A DNA stretch of 52,494 bases, taken from positions 1-52,494 of the forward strand of contig JBEPVZ010000004.1 in the NCBI GenBank assembly GCA_041690695.1, read 5' to 3'. A program made the position numbers and the translations under genes. Origin of the DNA: Candidatus Daviesbacteria bacterium. GTDB lineage: Bacteria; Patescibacteriota; Microgenomatia; Daviesbacterales; UBA10151. Below the pieces are notes generated by a model. The model was not told where the DNA came from, did not search any database, and worked only from the letters and a program-made list of their open reading frames with translations. Each line of letters begins with the position of its first letter. The stretch's first letter is position 1. This document shows positions 8,287-18,472 of this stretch, piece after piece.

Positions 8287-10472
8287 TTGTATATTTCTGA
8301 TCTCGCATTATTATAAATGAGATCTTTTGTATCCTCTAGAAAATCAGTTGGGGTGTTATAACTAATAACTTTATTATTATAGGTGCCAAATGCTCTTTGA
8401 GAATAAATATTGGTAGATGATAGATATACATACGAGTTCTTGGGCATTAAGAATGGGATAAGAGTATATGATAAATTATTAAGAGCTGGGACTGTAGAGA
8501 ATTTTTGTTGAGAATATCTATCTAAGGATATTTTATCCTGGCCTTTATAGTGACTCTCTAACCAAAACATGCTTTCCAGTTCTGCAGCATGTAAGTAGTA
8601 CCTCTCATAGTAATCACCTTGATTATCTAATTGTATAGTGCGGTCTGGACCACCGACAATTTCATAAAAATAACCTATGTAAAATAGTAAAGAAAAAATA
8701 AGAAAACAGGTCAGAGGTAAGGACTGATATCGTTGGGGTAATCTTCTAAAAACGCGTATACCTCCTAAAACTCCACCTAACGACAGTATCACTAAAACCT
8801 GCTGATATAACCTATCCATACCATAGTCTAATGAGGCAAAGGGTAGTAAAACCACAAGTACTAACATTACGAGGCTTGATAGGCCCATTACAAACATTTC
8901 TGGGTAAAAATTACTATTCCTAATAAAATTATATAAATACAAACCTAATCCAATTAATATTGATATTCCAAGAAAAAGAATTGAAACAAGATGGAATTTA
9001 GATATAATCGTAAAAATTGAATTGTTAGTATTTGGAAAGATGTTCGCTCCAACATAATAAAGGCTATAGCTAGAAGTATTTTGAAGACCTTTCCCCGCAA
9101 ATTGGAGATATTTATTAATTAAGTTAGCTGTATCCTCTGATCCAAATAAAGGGATATTTTCAGCATGAACATCTGCATTGAAAAGATTATATTGTGTATG
9201 TATTGATTTGGTAACAAAATCACTAATACCACTCGAAATACCGGTAAATTGAGAGTACCATAAAAACATAAAAATGAATAATATCATAAGACTTAGAAGG
9301 CTTACCGGATATTTTGATCTGTATGATTTTGACTTAATCTTCCTAAATATCAAAGAAAAAATATAACTGAATAAAATTAAGGAAAGAGCAATGTAGCTTG
9401 TCGAATAATGAGATAAGATCATTACAATGCCGAAAAGCAAAAATAGAGTTTTTCTTCCAATATTATTTAAAGATTTATCCACAATAGACATAATTACTAA
9501 ACCAAAGAAGAATAAAGATATTTCCATTCTAGTATAGTTTGGGATTCCAACTAAAAAAGAGGAAAAGGAAACGAAAAAGATACTGGCTAAAAAACTAACA
9601 AGATTATTATAGAACCTGCTAGAAATATAAAAAACAATTACCGGTACAAATGAAAAGATCATTGGGTAGATCAGTTTAAAAATATAAGGATCGCTAATTG
9701 TGATAAATGAAGATAATATAGTTGGCAATATAGTCACGCTTAACATTGCGTTATATGTATGGTTAAAATTCAACAATGACCAGTGCATAGTACTTTTTGT
9801 TACTTGAAATATTTGATATTCGATAAACATATCAGAACCGGTAACAAACCATCCTCTTAAAGAAAACATGAGCAGCAAGGACAAACTAATTAAATATACG
9901 CACCAAACTAAAATATTGCTTGTTATTTTTTTCCAAGCAAAGTTAGCTACTATGCAAAAAATGCTAATTCCGGAGAGAGCAAACATCGTTAACGTATTGC
10001 TCTGATGATTATTTAGCCGTATAGCACCAAATATTGATAATAAGATAACTACCAAGCAATAAAAAATGGCGACTAAACTTTCTATATTAATCTGTGGCAA
10101 GTTGATATGTAAGCTGGATTTATGTCTATAAAATATAAGGAGACAGCAGGGAATCAGTAGGTTATATAAAGTCGCTATATTTAAAAAGACGAGGGGATGA
10201 GTAAAAAACTTTCCCATACCCCAATTCAATGCTAGTCCACTCAGCATTAATATCGCCAACCCTAAACCCAAGGCATATACAAAATTTATCACACTAGTGC
10301 TATCTTCTTTTTTAAAGGTGGGAAGTATTAAAAGTCCAGGAACAAAAAGGAACAAAACAATTGATAAAAATGAACGAATAAAAATAAGATTTATATTAAA
10401 TATAAATAGCAAATCTACTATTAACAAACTGCTAATTATAAGTCGGGTTAAAAAGTTTTTAGTTATTTGCAT
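8283..10472 (-). CDS. large polytopic membrane protein, candidate GT-C glycosyltransferase or glycan polymerase
   Basis: 729 aa; more than 14 hydrophobic segments by eye plus a roughly 130-aa soluble C-terminus; starts and stops overlap the flanking GT4 genes. Confidence 0.45.
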   Translation of the reverse strand: MQITKNFLTRLIISSLLIVDLLFIFNINLIFIRSFLSIVLFLFVPGLLILPTFKKEDSTSVINFVYALGLGLAILMLSGLALNWGMGKFFTHPLVFLNIATLYNLLIPCCLLIFYRHKSSLHINLPQINIESLVAIFYCLVVILLSIFGAIRLNNHQSNTLTMFALSGISIFCIVANFAWKKITSNILVWCVYLISLSLLLMFSLRGWFVTGSDMFIEYQIFQVTKSTMHWSLLNFNHTYNAMLSVTILPTILSSFITISDPYIFKLIYPMIFSFVPVIVFYISSRFYNNLVSFLASIFFVSFSSFLVGIPNYTRMEISLFFFGLVIMSIVDKSLNNIGRKTLFLLFGIVMILSHYSTSYIALSLILFSYIFSLIFRKIKSKSYRSKYPVSLLSLMILFIFMFLWYSQFTGISSGISDFVTKSIHTQYNLFNADVHAENIPLFGSEDTANLINKYLQFAGKGLQNTSSYSLYYVGANIFPNTNNSIFTIISKFHLVSILFLGISILIGLGLYLYNFIRNSNFYPEMFVMGLSSLVMLVLVVLLPFASLDYGMDRLYQQVLVILSLGGVLGGIRVFRRLPQRYQSLPLTCFLIFSLLFYIGYFYEIVGGPDRTIQLDNQGDYYERYYLHAAELESMFWLESHYKGQDKISLDRYSQQKFSTVPALNNLSYTLIPFLMPKNSYVYLSSTNIYSQRAFGTYNNKVISYNTPTDFLEDTKDLIYNNARSEIYK

Positions 10473-11634
10473 ATTCGCTAATGGAATCCTGATATAAAAG
10501 TAAGGTTTCTTTGGCGTTATTACTCCAGGAGAATTCTCTTGCCCTTTTTATAGAGAATCGTGCAAGTTGCTCCGTTAGTGAACTGTTCTCCAATAACTTT
10601 AAAATAGTTTTAGCCACACGAGGATTTTTGCTATTTAAAAGAATACCACTATCAAGAAGAATCTCCTTGGGACCACCTAAATCCATCGCTAGGATCGGTA
10701 GTCCCGCAGCCATTGCTTCGAGAACGTTATTACCAAAAGGTTCATACTCTGCCGGATGAATAAAAAGATCTGCTGATCTATAGTAGTTGATTAGTTCTTT
10801 GTGTGATACCCACGGTACAATGCGTACATAATTCTCTAGTTTAAGTGTTTTTAAGGTTTCTAATATTTTTTTCTGATACTCGGATCCTTCAGTGAATCCT
10901 CCTCCGACAAAAAGAAAAAGAATGTTCTTCTCTCTCTTTAAAATTTTGGGTATTGCTTCTATAATCAATAGAGCATTTTTCCTTTTTACAAATCTTCCTA
11001 CATAAAGAATAACTTTTAATTTAGAATCAATCTTTAATTTTTTTCGCATAACGATCTTACTAAAGCCTTGTTTGAAAAATATTTTATTCACACCGTTATA
11101 TATCACTTTGACCTTTTTCTTCTCTTTTTCATTTAATGACAAATTATTTAGTATTTCATCTTTCATAAAATTAGATGTTGTTATCACTAAATCACTTTTT
11201 TTAATTAGAATTTTATCAATTAGTGCGGCTAGAGGAAAGAAAATCAGATTATATAAAAGACTGCCCTTTTGAGATTTATAAACAGAATGCATTTTTACAA
11301 CTAAAGGTTTCCTTGTAAATAAAGCATTGAATAATCCAAAGGGCGAACAGATATGCACTAAATCTTTTTGTATTTTCGCACCCACATAAATAGCTTTTAA
11401 GTTAAACACAATATGATTAAATGGGAAGATCTTCGGTACTAATAACCTATGGATAGTTAAATCACCTTTTGTTTCCATAGCAGGAGTTGTTGAATCAAAT
11501 CTAGCGCAAAGCAACTCCACATTACACAACTTCTTTAGCTCATTCGTTAGCTCGAAATAATGAATACCTAGCCCTCCGGCCACAAACGGAGGATATTCCA
11601 TACAAATGATTAAAACTTTTATCTTTTTTTTCAT
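10459..11634 (-). CDS. glycosyltransferase family 4 (GT-B)
   Basis: 391 aa; N-terminal GGLGIH motif and C-terminal EPFGNNVLEAMAAGLPILA motif. Confidence 0.8.
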   Translation of the reverse strand: MKKKIKVLIICMEYPPFVAGGLGIHYFELTNELKKLCNVELLCARFDSTTPAMETKGDLTIHRLLVPKIFPFNHIVFNLKAIYVGAKIQKDLVHICSPFGLFNALFTRKPLVVKMHSVYKSQKGSLLYNLIFFPLAALIDKILIKKSDLVITTSNFMKDEILNNLSLNEKEKKKVKVIYNGVNKIFFKQGFSKIVMRKKLKIDSKLKVILYVGRFVKRKNALLIIEAIPKILKREKNILFLFVGGGFTEGSEYQKKILETLKTLKLENYVRIVPWVSHKELINYYRSADLFIHPAEYEPFGNNVLEAMAAGLPILAMDLGGPKEILLDSGILLNSKNPRVAKTILKLLENSSLTEQLARFSIKRAREFSWSNNAKETLLLYQDSISEYANN

Positions 11635-13499
11635 ATCTTATAAATCTCCAACAATCGTGAGGAAATATTTCCCCAATCGTAATCCTTGATAAACGGGTAA
11701 TAAGCTTTAATATTTTTTCGACTCTTTTCATCTAAAATCATTCCGATTCTTTGAGCAATTTCTTGAGCTTTTAAATTAACTCGATAACCATTGTGGCCTT
11801 CTATTATTAAGTCTCTGGCGGCATTATCTCTATGATTTATAGCAATAACCGGTATTCCAGAGGCATTAGCTTCTATAACCACAATACCAAAGCCCTCTCG
11901 AGTCGATGGTAAAACAAAGATTCTAGACGATTTTATTAATGCATAAAGTTTTCTCTCGTCTTCCAGAAAACCTTTAAAAATAACATTAGAAGTTAACTGC
12001 AGTTTTTTTGTTAAAGCTTCTAGCGTTTTTTTCTCAGGACCATCGCCAACTATTAAACATCTTATTTTGGGGTGAGTTTTACGAGCTAAAGCAATAGCCT
12101 TAATTAAGATATCGACATTCTTATGTGAGATAAGTCTTCCCGCAAAAATAACATCGCTCTTTTCATTTGAAGGTATTATTTTGCGGATTTTATTAATATC
12201 AATTCCAGCCGGAATAGTGTAAATCTCTTTTTTTGAGTGGAGTTCTTTGGTTAACTTCTTAGTAGTATGTTTAGAGATTGAAATAATCTCATCCGGCAAT
12301 AGAACGCTTAGTTTTTCAATTCCAGCTGCCACAATTCCCATCTTACCTAAATACTCCCCCCAGTACTTTCTACCCCAAACCTCATTCCAAGTCACAATCA
12401 TCTTCTTCTTTTTAATTAGGCAGACTATCTTAATTGGGAACAAAATCAGATGAGGCATGTGGTCAACATCTATGACATCAAAGTCCTTGGTAATTAATTT
12501 TAAACAAGCCGATCCAAACATAACCGCCTCTTTAATAGATCTTCTTCTTCCAGCGTAAAGTGGATAGTAGCGACTAATCCCATGCAAATGAACTCCATTC
12601 TCAATTCGATCCTTACTACCCTGCCACCATTTCATTGAGTAAATATGAACCTCATGACCTTTTTGAGCAAGTCTTTGAGAAATCTCATAAATCCGTTTCT
12701 CTTTGCCACCTTTGTTATATGGGTAAATTGAATCAGTTACTATAGCGATTTTTAGTTTTCGATCTTTGAAATGTCGTTTAATTGGTTTCCACATTAGATT
12801 TTTAAATAACATACTTAAAATTGAAACGCCATCTTTTAATGAATCTATCTTGGTTTCACCTTCCCTCATCTCATATGTGATTGGGACCGAGTAAATCTCA
12901 TACTTTAAAAGAGTCATCTTAGTTATCATCTCCATCTCAATTGAAAAGCCATTGGACTTTAAATGATGTTTTAACTCATCAATAACCTCTTTTTTCCAGG
13001 CAAAGTAGCCACTCAAAACATCAGTGACATTGGCTCGGTAAAACTGTCTAACTAAAAAAGTATAAATCCAATTAACCATTCGATTTTGAAGTTTAAAGGC
13101 GTCTTTTTTAATCTTGCCACCTAGCCTTGACCCAACCACCACATCACAAAAGTTATTTTCAAGTGGCTCGATTAATCGAAAGATCTCCTGAGGACGATAA
13201 GTATTGTCACCATCTAACATCACCACATAATTTGTGTCATCAGATAAAGCATTAAAACCCGCCAAAATAGCATTGCCCTTACCCCGTTTTGGTTCGTAAA
13301 TAACTCGGGCACCTTTTTCCTCCGCCACCTGAGCCGTTCGATCAGTAGAGTTGTTATCGATTACTAAAACTTCAGTTTGGTAACCACGTTTTTTTAAGAG
13401 TTTTAACGGGATATCCTCAATAACTTTTACAATCCCCTTCTCTTCATTATGACAAGGAATAACAATGGCAATCTTTTTCATCATTAGTTTGGTATCCAA
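11631..13499 (-). CDS. fused GT2 (polyprenyl-phosphate sugar synthase-like) and GT4 glycosyltransferase
   Basis: 622 aa. The N-terminal 240 aa carry IVIPCHNEE...VIDNNSTD...MLDGDNTY (Dpm1-like GT2). The C-terminal 370 aa carry EGFGIVVIEANASGIPVIA (GT4). Confidence 0.75.
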   Translation of the reverse strand: MDTKLMMKKIAIVIPCHNEEKGIVKVIEDIPLKLLKKRGYQTEVLVIDNNSTDRTAQVAEEKGARVIYEPKRGKGNAILAGFNALSDDTNYVVMLDGDNTYRPQEIFRLIEPLENNFCDVVVGSRLGGKIKKDAFKLQNRMVNWIYTFLVRQFYRANVTDVLSGYFAWKKEVIDELKHHLKSNGFSIEMEMITKMTLLKYEIYSVPITYEMREGETKIDSLKDGVSILSMLFKNLMWKPIKRHFKDRKLKIAIVTDSIYPYNKGGKEKRIYEISQRLAQKGHEVHIYSMKWWQGSKDRIENGVHLHGISRYYPLYAGRRRSIKEAVMFGSACLKLITKDFDVIDVDHMPHLILFPIKIVCLIKKKKMIVTWNEVWGRKYWGEYLGKMGIVAAGIEKLSVLLPDEIISISKHTTKKLTKELHSKKEIYTIPAGIDINKIRKIIPSNEKSDVIFAGRLISHKNVDILIKAIALARKTHPKIRCLIVGDGPEKKTLEALTKKLQLTSNVIFKGFLEDERKLYALIKSSRIFVLPSTREGFGIVVIEANASGIPVIAINHRDNAARDLIIEGHNGYRVNLKAQEIAQRIGMILDEKSRKNIKAYYPFIKDYDWGNISSRLLEIYKI

Positions 13500-13948
13500 A
13501 AGTGAATTGATTGCTCAAGATCTATTAAATTAACAACGACTTCAACCCTGGTAAATTTTTTCGGCAGTGTAAAATCCTGACTAATAGTTTGATATTGATC
13601 TTGATTTAAAGTTGCCGAACTGGTACTGATCGGGATTATATTCTCACCATCCTGGAGATAAACTTCATACGGGTAGGTCATAGTTTTATATTCAAGATTA
13701 TGAATTGTGAATCGAAAGCTTTGTGACTTATTTAAAGCTAATGATTTCGGTAAATTTAAGTGATCTTCAAAATAAAGCTCAGTAAAGGTCTCTGGTTCAT
13801 ACAAAAGATGCCAAGCATGGAGCTGATTAATAATCGGTTGCCAGTGGAAAAATAAATCACCACCCCAGACTAAACCGGCCAGTAGTAAACTAGCTACAAA
13901 AAAGCCCACATAGTTATGGGATGTTAGTTGCCTGCTCTTTAAAGCCAT
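13484..13948 (-). CDS. membrane-anchored hypothetical protein
   Basis: 154 aa with one N-terminal TM helix and a beta-rich-looking soluble part; 16-nt overlap with the downstream GT2-GT4 gene. Confidence 0.4.
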   Translation of the reverse strand: MALKSRQLTSHNYVGFFVASLLLAGLVWGGDLFFHWQPIINQLHAWHLLYEPETFTELYFEDHLNLPKSLALNKSQSFRFTIHNLEYKTMTYPYEVYLQDGENIIPISTSSATLNQDQYQTISQDFTLPKKFTRVEVVVNLIDLEQSIHFWIPN

Positions 13949-14038
13949 TATATCCGCCTATAGGTTAATGATTGCGGTTTTCATTATAGCTAACAGCATG
14001 CCTATGATCAAGCAGTAGCCTTTAGTATAATTAAGCTT

Positions 14039-15481
14039 ATGAAAGGTTTAAATTTTAGCCCCTTAATCCTTTTCCTTGGTATCATTGGATTATTATCTTT
14101 AGCCGCTATCTATTACTTCTCCACCCAACTACTTAACCCCACCCAGACCGTTGTTTCATCAACGAATTCCGGAGCCGCAAACTCCTCCACGGTCTTTTAC
14201 GGCGCCAATACGGATATTTCTAATCTGCTTCCCAATTCACCCTTCTATGTCAAAAACTCCAAAGGTCAGGATTTAATCGATATTGCTCATAACTTGGGTA
14301 TCAACTTATTTCGAGTCACGATCATTAATAATCGCTATCCGGATAAAGCTCCGAGTCGGTCGGATTGGGATTATTTATTTAATAAGTTGAATAAAAATCA
14401 TATTCAAGTAATTTTATTACCCGAGTTTTTAAATAGCGCCGAATATACAAAACCCGGCTCCGATGAGTTGTCTGATAACTATTTAAGTTTAATAAAAAGC
14501 TTTATTAATACCAGCGCTATTAATTACAATAATCCGGCCATCTTTGGTTTTGATATCCGTAATGAACCTTCACTAACTTCAAATAATCTCGACAAACTTG
14601 AAGAGGCCGCTCAAATTGTCAAAGATAAATATCCCAATTTAAAAATTACCGTTGGCAGCTGGAAAGTTGAAACTGGCAAGATAGATCCTAAATCTGGTAA
14701 AAAACTTTATAAAGCTAATCCAGCTGACGGCGCAAAATTAGTTAATATTGTTGACTACTACTCACTCCATATTTACGGCTTTGATCGACCATTAAAAGGC
14801 CCCTATCCCGATCCTTATAAATTAACAACCGATTACTTAACTACAGTCAAAAGTTATGCTCAAAATAAGCCAATATTAATAGAAGAGTTCGGAGCTGGTA
14901 ATGGGACCGATATTAATGATCAGGAAACGATTGGTAATCCTAATCTACAAGCGAGAACTTACGAAGGAGTTTATAAAGCGGTTGAGGATATGCATTCCCA
15001 AGGAGTACTCGGGGCACTAGCTTGGCTGCTCTATCCTAGAACTCATGATCCGGATGGCTGGACAATTATTGATGATAACGGAAACCACCTTTATCCAGCT
15101 GCTTACGTTTTACAAAAACATGCCACAGGTAATTCAGATCAATCAGTTGATTTATCTCCGAGTGATTCGGCAAATTATATTTATAGAAATTCTGATAATA
15201 ATAAAACCGTTAATTTAAAGGTTGGCGATACTATTGGCTTAGCTTTAAATTTAGATAAGACTGCGTCCTATATGCTTTTAACCAATAATACTAACGTTTC
15301 AGCGATTGAAGAGCCGATTATGTATTACTCAACCAAACAGTATTATAAAGCCGTTATTAAAATTGTCGGTAAAGGTACGGATAATTTAATTGTCACCACT
15401 CTCCCAAATTGTCAGAATAATTCCGATTGCTCAACAGCCATTATTCCAAAATTTAAGTTAAATATTAGTGTTAAGGATTGA
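14039..15481 (+). CDS. secreted/anchored glycoside hydrolase family 5-like enzyme
   Basis: 480 aa; N-terminal anchor; FDIRNEPS (acid/base NEP), LHIYG (His-x-Tyr) and ILIEEFG (nucleophile) motifs in GH5 order; extra C-terminal domain. Confidence 0.65.
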   Translation: MKGLNFSPLILFLGIIGLLSLAAIYYFSTQLLNPTQTVVSSTNSGAANSSTVFYGANTDISNLLPNSPFYVKNSKGQDLIDIAHNLGINLFRVTIINNRYPDKAPSRSDWDYLFNKLNKNHIQVILLPEFLNSAEYTKPGSDELSDNYLSLIKSFINTSAINYNNPAIFGFDIRNEPSLTSNNLDKLEEAAQIVKDKYPNLKITVGSWKVETGKIDPKSGKKLYKANPADGAKLVNIVDYYSLHIYGFDRPLKGPYPDPYKLTTDYLTTVKSYAQNKPILIEEFGAGNGTDINDQETIGNPNLQARTYEGVYKAVEDMHSQGVLGALAWLLYPRTHDPDGWTIIDDNGNHLYPAAYVLQKHATGNSDQSVDLSPSDSANYIYRNSDNNKTVNLKVGDTIGLALNLDKTASYMLLTNNTNVSAIEEPIMYYSTKQYYKAVIKIVGKGTDNLIVTTLPNCQNNSDCSTAIIPKFKLNISVKD

Positions 15482-15992
15482 CCACTTCTCCGCCACCCAA
15501 AACAGCCGATCCACGAATAATTAGCCGTCCTTGTTCATCCTTACTAGTCGGGCTGTTAGTATGATTTGCAAAACCGCCTAATACCCCAACCACCGAGCTA
15601 CTGACCAACCAAGTCTCAGGCACGATAATCTTAACCCCTCCAAAAACGGCCTCAACATCTAAATAAGCGGTTTTATCTTTACCAATTTTGCAATCAGTTA
15701 AATCAATCTCTATTCCCCCAAAAATTGCTGAAATCTTGCCTTGACTAAAGTTATTAACTTTAACTTTCGGATTAAGACCATTAAAAACTGCTGAGTAAGT
15801 AAAATTATCTTGACTATTATCTTGATTGGCTTGGCTGAAGTTAGGATGACGATTATGACCGGATAAGATCTTAACTCCAACTAAAATAATTATGACCGGC
15901 CAAAAAAAGTGAAAGATATCAAAACCAAAAAAGGCGCTTAAGCCAATGACAACTAAAACTATTCCAATAATTGTTCGTCCAGAGTAATCCAT
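15471..15992 (-). CDS. LiaF-like cell-envelope stress protein
   Basis: 173 aa with two N-terminal TM helices and a C-terminal repetitive beta domain (FGGIEIDL...FGGVKIIVP) resembling the LiaF C-terminal domain. Confidence 0.5.
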   Translation of the reverse strand: MDYSGRTIIGIVLVVIGLSAFFGFDIFHFFWPVIIILVGVKILSGHNRHPNFSQANQDNSQDNFTYSAVFNGLNPKVKVNNFSQGKISAIFGGIEIDLTDCKIGKDKTAYLDVEAVFGGVKIIVPETWLVSSSVVGVLGGFANHTNSPTSKDEQGRLIIRGSAVLGGGEVVNP

Positions 15993-15993
15993 A

Positions 15994-16395
15994 TTAGTAA
16001 TTCTTAAACTTCGGTGTGTAATTAACTAACCAATTATACCAGGGTAAATGATTAAGTGACCACTGTTCAACAATTGGTGAATTAACGACAGTTAAACCTT
16101 TCGTCCAAATAGAAACCAAAACAAAAAGCGCCAGCACCGTAACAATCAAACTTGACCCCGGCCCACGACCTAAGATTATTTGAACACCAGCTAATACCAA
16201 AAGTAGTGGCCAATAGCTAATAATAACCGGCCAGATATTCCAAGATACGATTCCGATGCTGTTAAAAAATAAGGTCATCCCGACAAAAATAAATAGCAAA
16301 CCCCAGACCACATCCAGAGAATCATGTTTCGGCTGGCGGCGAAAATTATGATGCCAATATTTTAAGTCAGGCTCGACGGTTTCAGTATCTTCCAC
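15994..16395 (-). CDS. membrane protein (LiaI/LiaF-type TM region)
   Basis: 133 aa with 4 hydrophobic helices; 1 nt upstream of the LiaF-like gene. Confidence 0.45.
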   Translation of the reverse strand: MEDTETVEPDLKYWHHNFRRQPKHDSLDVVWGLLFIFVGMTLFFNSIGIVSWNIWPVIISYWPLLLVLAGVQIILGRGPGSSLIVTVLALFVLVSIWTKGLTVVNSPIVEQWSLNHLPWYNWLVNYTPKFKNY

Positions 16396-16412
16396 ATTTA
16401 TATTTTACCACG

Positions 16413-18461
16413 TCAGGTAAACCCGAGTCTTTTTAAGCAGAACAAAACAGCTTGATTTAAACTTTGGAAATCTTTTTCAGACAAAGTCTCAGCATCGGTT
16501 TGAAGGTTTGACAATGTTCTAAGACTCTGCAGAAAATAGTTCTCCCTAATAACTAAACCTTCCGGACCTTCTAAGTATTGGTTGACCCGTCTCCTTACAG
16601 CTTCATCAACATAGCCTTGATCTTTGACAGCAGCTTCAATTTCGGGAGCTCTTAGAACTCTCATTCTAGTGCTATGTTTAATGATATCTTCATCCTTAAT
16701 TCGAACGATTGCTTGAGACTTTGGACCGATATACTCTAACGCTTTAGCAGCTTTTGGGGTAGAAACCGTTGTTTTAAAACCAATCTTTTTTGATGTTTCT
16801 CCTAACTCAGTCAAATGACTTTTTTCAAAGTCGATCAGTTCTTGTTGGCATGCTATTAATGTATCTAGAAAGCTCTGATTATTTGCAAAGTCAAAGAAAC
16901 CCTCAAGTAAGTTAGGACTGGTTATAAACGGAACCATCATTGGTCGTGTTAAAACCAGTCTTCTCAGAACTGAAGCTAGTGGCCTTTTTAGATCTAAGGT
17001 CATAGCTTGATTAATCAGTTCTGTCATAGTTAAAGCCTCTCCTTTTGAGCCACTAGCGATCCGGCCATCAAAACCGATCGAGGCTCCGGAAGTTTGGATG
17101 GCGTCCTCAAGACCGGGTAAAGTGTTGACGATGCTAATCGCATCAGTTGTATCACCCGAGCCATCGACAAAAATTAATTTTGGCTGTTGACCTTCTAAAC
17201 TAGTCTGGCTTCGGGAAATTGTGACCAAAGCCACCACGGCCTTAGCAGTCGCGGTTAATGAGCCATTTTTTTCTAAAACCTTAACCCCTCGAGCGTCTAG
17301 AAAGTTAAAACCGGATCCAGCCCACGCAGGATTTAAGCTATCAATCAATGGCCGAGCATTTGGCAAAGTTTCCGATTCAGAAGTAATTTCGACATCAAAT
17401 CCAATCTGACTTAAATCTTGCCTGGTTTGAACAGCCATCGCTGCAAAGATGTTGTAAGGACCTTGGTCTAAAAGTTCCATAGCCGACTTAGTCAACACGC
17501 TCTCTTCTTGTCTCGATCGATAACTGGCAATAATCTGGTCAATCGGAATTTGAGCTTGATCAAGTTGAGCAGCAGTTTCATCTAAGCTTAAACCTAATCG
17601 ATCCGAGAGGCTGACTAGCGCTCCGGCGGCCCTAGGGCCAGTATTGTTATTAATTAAAGTCAGAGGCTCAGATCTATTCAGATTAACTCTTAAAAGATCA
17701 GCCGAAGCTAAAAGCAGGAGGTGACCTAAATGCAGCTCCTTACCCATAGTGACAGCCGCTATAATCGCCGGCGGGACAGAGTGTTCTTGATCGGGATAGA
17801 CTATCGCTCCCATAATTTTTGAAACATCTTTATTAACACCACTGCCATATAACCTAATCGAGGTGGAAGGCCTTAAACGCTTAGTTTTTAAGATCTGTTC
17901 TTCACTCATAGTCTGAACTGAAAAACCGCCCGCAATAACCTCTCCAACAGTTTCCTGGTAAAGTTGACTATTGGCTGATTGATTCTTTTCGGCTAAATTG
18001 ACTCGGTATCGATCCCAAACCAGCTCTTCGACCATATGTAAGTAAGAGATTAAGATCGCCTCAACCGTAGTGGGTTTATCATTTAATAAAATTGTTCCTA
18101 AACTTCCCTCAGGAAAATCAGGAATTAATTCGGCCGGATCGAGTCTAGCTTGAGTGTTAACGGGAATATATAATTTACTCTTTTTGTCATTAACATCCGC
18201 TAGTTGGCAACTTAAACCGGACTGAGCCCGGATACTAATCACTAACCGACCAAATCGTCTAGCCCAACTCTCGGCTTGCTCAGACTGCATGGCTTCTAAC
18301 ATCAGGTGAGTTAAAGCTGTAAAATTCGGCCGCGGCGAATCTAAGCTCACATAAAGAGCTTGTGATCCAGCATCATCAATCAATCGATCCTTGGTATTAT
18401 TCCAAGTCGCTTCGATAATCTGGTCCCGATCATTATCAAAAATTTTAGTAAGTGTTTCCAT
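16413..18461 (-). CDS. divergent class-I aminoacyl-tRNA-synthetase-like protein (ArgRS-like)
   Basis: 682 aa. It has HLGH at residues 244-247, then INNNTGPRAAG where ArgRS has N.GD.G.Q. It has FVDGSGD, and GSKGEALTMTELINQA where ArgRS has the KMSK-equivalent region, and it ends LKRLGFT. Confidence 0.4.
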   Translation of the reverse strand: METLTKIFDNDRDQIIEATWNNTKDRLIDDAGSQALYVSLDSPRPNFTALTHLMLEAMQSEQAESWARRFGRLVISIRAQSGLSCQLADVNDKKSKLYIPVNTQARLDPAELIPDFPEGSLGTILLNDKPTTVEAILISYLHMVEELVWDRYRVNLAEKNQSANSQLYQETVGEVIAGGFSVQTMSEEQILKTKRLRPSTSIRLYGSGVNKDVSKIMGAIVYPDQEHSVPPAIIAAVTMGKELHLGHLLLLASADLLRVNLNRSEPLTLINNNTGPRAAGALVSLSDRLGLSLDETAAQLDQAQIPIDQIIASYRSRQEESVLTKSAMELLDQGPYNIFAAMAVQTRQDLSQIGFDVEITSESETLPNARPLIDSLNPAWAGSGFNFLDARGVKVLEKNGSLTATAKAVVALVTISRSQTSLEGQQPKLIFVDGSGDTTDAISIVNTLPGLEDAIQTSGASIGFDGRIASGSKGEALTMTELINQAMTLDLKRPLASVLRRLVLTRPMMVPFITSPNLLEGFFDFANNQSFLDTLIACQQELIDFEKSHLTELGETSKKIGFKTTVSTPKAAKALEYIGPKSQAIVRIKDEDIIKHSTRMRVLRAPEIEAAVKDQGYVDEAVRRRVNQYLEGPEGLVIRENYFLQSLRTLSNLQTDAETLSEKDFQSLNQAVLFCLKRLGFT

Positions 18462-18472
18462 ATTTTTTCCAC

